From the NCBI GenBank assembly GCA_038087875.1, contig JAXLNO010000525.1:1-34693 (forward strand): a stretch of 34,693 nt of DNA. The letters are read 5' to 3'. A program made the position numbers and the translations under genes. Below, one piece after another: positions 30,537 to 34,693 of the stretch. Origin of the DNA: Malacoraja senta. Its lineage: Eukaryota. Under the pieces are notes generated by a model. It did no database searches and was not told where the DNA came from. It worked only from the letters and a program-made list of their open reading frames with translations. The first letter of the stretch is position 1. Every line of letters begins with the position of its first letter.

Positions 30537-31250
30537 CGGATGCTGCTTTATACAAAAGGACACAAAGTGCTGGAGTAACTCAGCAAGTCAGGCAGCATCT
30601 CTTGGAGAACATGGATAGATGACGTTTCAGATTCAGGACCCTTCTCTTTTAAAATCAAAGCTAAGGCCTCTGTTGAGGACCGGCCATTCTGCTTCCAAAT
30701 GAGGGAGGTCAGGGAGGATGGTGAAAGCATGACAGGGGCGAGGGGTGGTACAGAGGGTGAGAGAGGCTTAGGGGAGGTATTGTTGGGGGGACCATGGGGT
30801 CTGAGAGGGGAGGGGGCTGTGAGGGGCAGTGAACGGGTGGGAGAAGTAGCATGGTCGGAATATTGGGCAGGGCACCAGGACCCAGTGGTGCTGTTAGTGA
30901 GGTTCCCTGTTGAAAGGGGGGAGAAGCAGGCACCAGGAGAGTCAGCACGGGATTCAATGTACGTGGTGTTGTTGGAAACGACAGCATGGAGGCTTCTGGC
31001 CTGGAACTGGGCCTGGAACCCAGGTGAGTCAGGAGAGGGCGAGGATCGGCAGAGTCAATGGTCGCGGCCCGCAGGTAAGGGTGGGTGGTGGGGTTGGTAG
31101 TGGCAGCCAACTGAGAGTGGTCAAGGGAGCTGTGCGGGCCAGCGGAGCTTCAGCGCTAGTAGGTCCGACCAGGGAGATGGAGGGAGTCGGCTTGAAAACG
31201 ACAGCCTTGAAAGAAGAGAAGTCCACGGTGGTCATTCACAAACTCCAGAC
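30537..31250 (-). mobile_element. Internally deleted Penelope-like element (ORF N-terminal remnant joined to pseudo-LTR)
   Basis: Minus strand ~30745-30655 reads PCHAFTILPDLPHLEAEWPVLNRGLSF (Penelope/Neptune LSxxExxVLxxGLxF region), abutting pseudo-LTR motif AGAAGGGTCCTGAATCTGAAACGTC..GAGTTACTCCAGCAC. Confidence 0.65.
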
Positions 31251-31379
31251 ACCTAACACAAATAGCATAAGCAGGAAATCGTTCAGCAGGGGGCTTAGTT
31301 TACAATGGTTTAGTATGAAGCCACCTCGTCCCATGCCAGACTTCTACACTCACCATCTCACTTAGGGAGATAATGGACC

Positions 31380-31682
31380 AACATTCAGATGCCTGGACAA
31401 ATAAGTTTGAATCCCAATGCAGCAGCTGAGGAATTTAAATTCAAGTAATTAAATCAATTAGGAATTTGGAATGAAAGGTTATTATCAGTAATCGAGACCA
31501 CAACATAATCAGATTTTTGAAAAAACACATCTGGTCCATGAATGCCCTTCTGGAAAGAAAATATATGACTCCAATTCCTCTAATATGATTTAACTCCTTC
31601 ATTCAGGGGCAAAAAGAAATGACAAATAAATGCTGGCAATGCCAGCATTGGGCACATCCTGAGAATAAATAATAAAAAAAAC
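31380..31682 (+). mobile_element. Old, diverged SINE with CR1/L3-type tail
   Basis: GTTTGAATCCC B-box-like motif, CATCTGGT core, tail AATAAATGCTGGCAATGCCAGC..CACATCC and A-rich end; a fragment of the same family lies at ~32690-32790. Confidence 0.55.
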
Positions 31683-32138
31683 GAAGCAACAGCATCATGT
31701 TTAAACCTCTCAACCTTGAGATGCAGAAGTGAAAAGTATTCTCATATTTCCAGATTGTGTAATCGTTTTTTTTACCCAGTAAAAAAGATCTTGATCTTCA
31801 GCGATGCTAAAAAAAAATGCACTGAGGTTGAAGCTTATTTCAAAATAATTAAATTCAGAGCACAGAATTTTTAGCCTGTTAAGCCTCGTAACCTTCCATG
31901 TCCAGCACCCACACGATATTCTTACCTTCAAATGTCACTCTATCTGGCTGATACAGATTGCAGACACTCTCCCTCTTATGTCAGGGTTACATTCTGTGAA
32001 CCCTCCCATAAGTCAGATTTTACATAAGGCGGAATTACCATCCCCATTCCCTGCCCGGAATAATTCACTGAAAGCATAAAGTGGCTCAGCGGCCATATCC
32101 AGCTGCACGCGGCCTTCTGGGTAAGTACCGCCACTGGC

Positions 32139-32600
32139 TTGAGACAGGGGGAAATAGGCAAAGAGAAAGGGAGGGAGAGAGAAGCAAAGGGAGAGAGACA
32201 GGGAGAGAGACAGAGGGAGATAGAGAGAGCTAGAGACAAAGGGAGAGAGACAGAAGGAGAGAGAGACAGAGGGAGAGAGAGAGAGATACAGAGAGAGAAA
32301 GAGACAAAGGGAGAGAGACAGAAGGAGAGAGAGACAGAGGGAGAGAGAGAGAGATACAGAGAGAGAAAGAGAGAGGGAGAGAGAGAGATAGAGAGAGAGG
32401 AAGAGAGAGAGAAGGAGATGGAGAAAGAAAGAGAGACAGAGACAAACACAGGGAAAGTTCAGAGCAGACTTTCAGGGCTGGGTGGAAAGGCCAGAGAGGG
32501 TCGTGGGGAAGAGACGGGAAGAAGAGAGTGAGGGAGTGAGGAGAGGGGGAAAGAGTGAGGGGAGGGGGAGGGAGTGAGGGTGAGGGGGGGTGAGGTCGGA
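32139..32600. repeat. Compound (GA)n / G-rich polypurine tract
   Basis: Almost purely purine + strand with GAGAGAGACA-type units, then a GGGAG/GAGGG run. Confidence 0.9.
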
Positions 32601-33007
32601 CTTACAGAGAGCGAAGAAGGAGAACATTATCATCCATGTTCTCCAGGTATGCTGTCTGACTCCAGCACTTTGCGATTTTTTGTTTATCATAAAAGGCCCA
32701 TCTGGTTCACTGATATCCTTGAGAGAACGAAAATCATTAATATTCTTGAGAGAAGGACATCTGACAATCTTATCATTTCTGGCCTAAATGTGGCACCGTT
32801 AAGGTGTGCACCACTATCACCATTATGTGACACCATTAACATCATTATGGTTGGCAAGTAACTGGAGCTCGAAATCTCTTAGCAATCATTTCATTTCAGT
32901 GTACATTTAGGAATAGGTTAGAAATGCTGCCCTTGTTCTTACAAAGAACAAGAATACATTTTGAAAATTAGACCACTTTTTATCTTATGACCTTGATCCT
33001 ATGATCA

Positions 33008-33825
33008 GGATCTTGATCAGTTGGGCAAATGATCTAAGGAATGGCTAAAGGAGTTTAATGCAGTTAAGTGTGAGGTGTTGCATTTTGGAAAGTCAAACCA
33101 GGTCAGGACCTTCGCAGTGAATGGCAAGGCCATGGGAAGTGATGTAGAGCAGAGGGTTCTTGAAGTCCAGGTATATAGTTCCTTGAAAGTGGTGTCACAG
33201 GTTGATAGAGTGGTCAAGACAACTTTTGATACATTGGCCATCATCAGCCAGGATATTGAAGATAGAAGTTGTAATGTTATGTTACAGTTGTGCAAGACTT
33301 TAGCGAGGCCGCATTTGGAGTATTATGTTCAGTTTTGGTCACCCTGATATAGGAAGGATGTTGAAAGCTGGAATATTTAGGATGTTGCCAGGACTTGAGT
33401 GCCTGAGCTAAAGGAAAAGGTTTAACAGGCTAGGACTTTATTCTTTGGAGAGCAGGAGAAAGAGGGATGATCTCATAGAGATGTATATGAGAGGAAGATA
33501 TAGAGAGAATGCACAGAGACTTTTATACAATGTAGGGGAATTAAGTACCAGAGGACATAGGTTTAGGTGAGAGGGAAAGATGTAATAGGAACCTGAGGGG
33601 CAACCTTTACACATAGAGGGTGATGGGTATATGGAACAAACTGCCAGAGGATGTAGTTAAGGCAGGTACTATGATAACATTTAAGAAACATTTGGACAGG
33701 TACATGGATAGGAGAGGGATATGGGCCAAATGCCGGGAGGTGGGACAAGTGGAGATGGGGCATCTTGGTCGGCATGGGCAAACCGAAGGGTCTGTTTCCG
33801 TGCTATATGGTTCCATAACTCTACG
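33008..33825 (+). mobile_element. Decayed CR1 3' fragment
   Basis: LHFGKSNQ, LARPHLEYYVQFWSP, WNKLPEDVVKAGTMITFKKHLDRYMD; 3' GGGTCTGTTTCCGTGCTATATG. Confidence 0.88.
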
Positions 33826-34338
33826 ACTATGATATTTTTCACTGAAAAGTTAAATGCAAACTATTTTTTCAGAAAGCATTCCATAAATGCAAGTTATCAT
33901 AGGATGCCAGAAGATGTGATTCTAACAATACTTGTGAAAATTCCTTCTATTTTCCACATGGTTTCAATACAGTGCTGAACCTGCTGCTGATCCCAATACA
34001 TAACTGGATGGCACGAAAAATATTTACATTGTGCAAGGAAGTAGCTACTTCAAACTTGGAAAAGTTGGTCAATTCAAGTCTGAATTGGGAAAGATATCTT
34101 CCAGTTTATGCTACATTAATTTTGTTTAAAATATGTTAGACAGGGAATGTGGTATTCAATCGCTGTAGCACTGGTGTGCTTTACACACCCTACATGGTGA
34201 TGTATCCAGTTGACAGTGACTGTCACTAACTCAGTAGTCCCTGTGAAGAATAATCCTTTTTTTCTCTTTAGGGCACGAATCATACTTGAAAGGCTTGGCA
34301 TACTCACAAATAGGCATGTGAATGGAAAGATAGAGAGA

Positions 34339-34693
34339 AAATGCTAGAGTAACTCAGCGGGTCAGGCAGCACCTCTAATGAAAAGGGATGTGACGTTTCG
34401 GATCGGGACCTTTCATCAGACTGAGAGTCAGGGAGGGGGAAACTAGAGGTACGGGGAGGTACACAACAAAACAGAGCCTGCATCGATGACTCTTGAAAGG
34501 TGGAGCCCACAATGATCCATTGTTGGCTGGGGATGAGATGACAAACGGTGAAATTAGCAAGAGGACTAATGTGGGGGAGGGACAGAGGGAGAGGGGATCA
34601 CAAAGGTTTCTTGAAGTTAGAGAAATCAATAGTCATGCCGCTGGGTTGTAAGCTGCCCAAGCGAAATATGAGATGCTGTTCCTCCAATTTGAA
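34339..34693 (-). mobile_element. Penelope-like element 3' end (GIY-YIG endonuclease C-terminus and pseudo-LTR), continues past the window
   Basis: Minus strand from the window end reads KLEEQHLIFRLGSLQPSGMTIDFSNFK, followed by the pseudo-LTR with a hammerhead motif. Confidence 0.85.
34390..34421 (-). ncRNA. Minimal type I hammerhead ribozyme motif of a Penelope pseudo-LTR
   Basis: Minus strand GU-CUGAUGA-AAGG-UCCCGAU-CC-GAA-ACGU-C-AC: both core boxes, short stem II, palindromic ACGU stem III, GUC cleavage triplet, only 2-bp stem I. Confidence 0.55.

Noticed and set aside
31976..32531. RE-rich and SL-rich ORFs
   Set aside because: Translations of the (GA)n microsatellite.

Overview
Eukaryotic, repeat-dominated genomic DNA with no recognisable host protein-coding exon, so probably intergenic or deep intronic. 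The repeat repertoire (HE1/V-SINE-like SINEs with (CTAAA)n tails, HER1/CR1-type LINE ends, Rex1/Babar tails, Penelope-like pseudo-LTR remnants) points to a cartilaginous fish, probably a skate or ray; this is inferred from family resemblance, not a search. The centrepiece is a full-length, apparently intact L1 on the minus strand (9240-15531). It has open ORF1 and ORF2, an ~800-bp structured inter-ORF spacer, a poly(A) tail and a perfect 14-bp target-site duplication (TSD). Other content: a decayed RTE LINE, a 3.3-kb CR1 in a three-tier nest, about a dozen SINEs, a CpG-rich Harbinger-like MITE, a solo LTR with a canonical heat-shock element, and Penelope remnants with minimal hammerhead-ribozyme motifs. 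The most unusual observations are two independent L1 3' fragments inserted at the homologous nucleotide of two different CR1 subfamilies (one with a candidate ~75-bp duplication) and a spacerless 190-bp palindrome built from a Rex-type 3' tail. Boundaries of decayed repeats are approximate.
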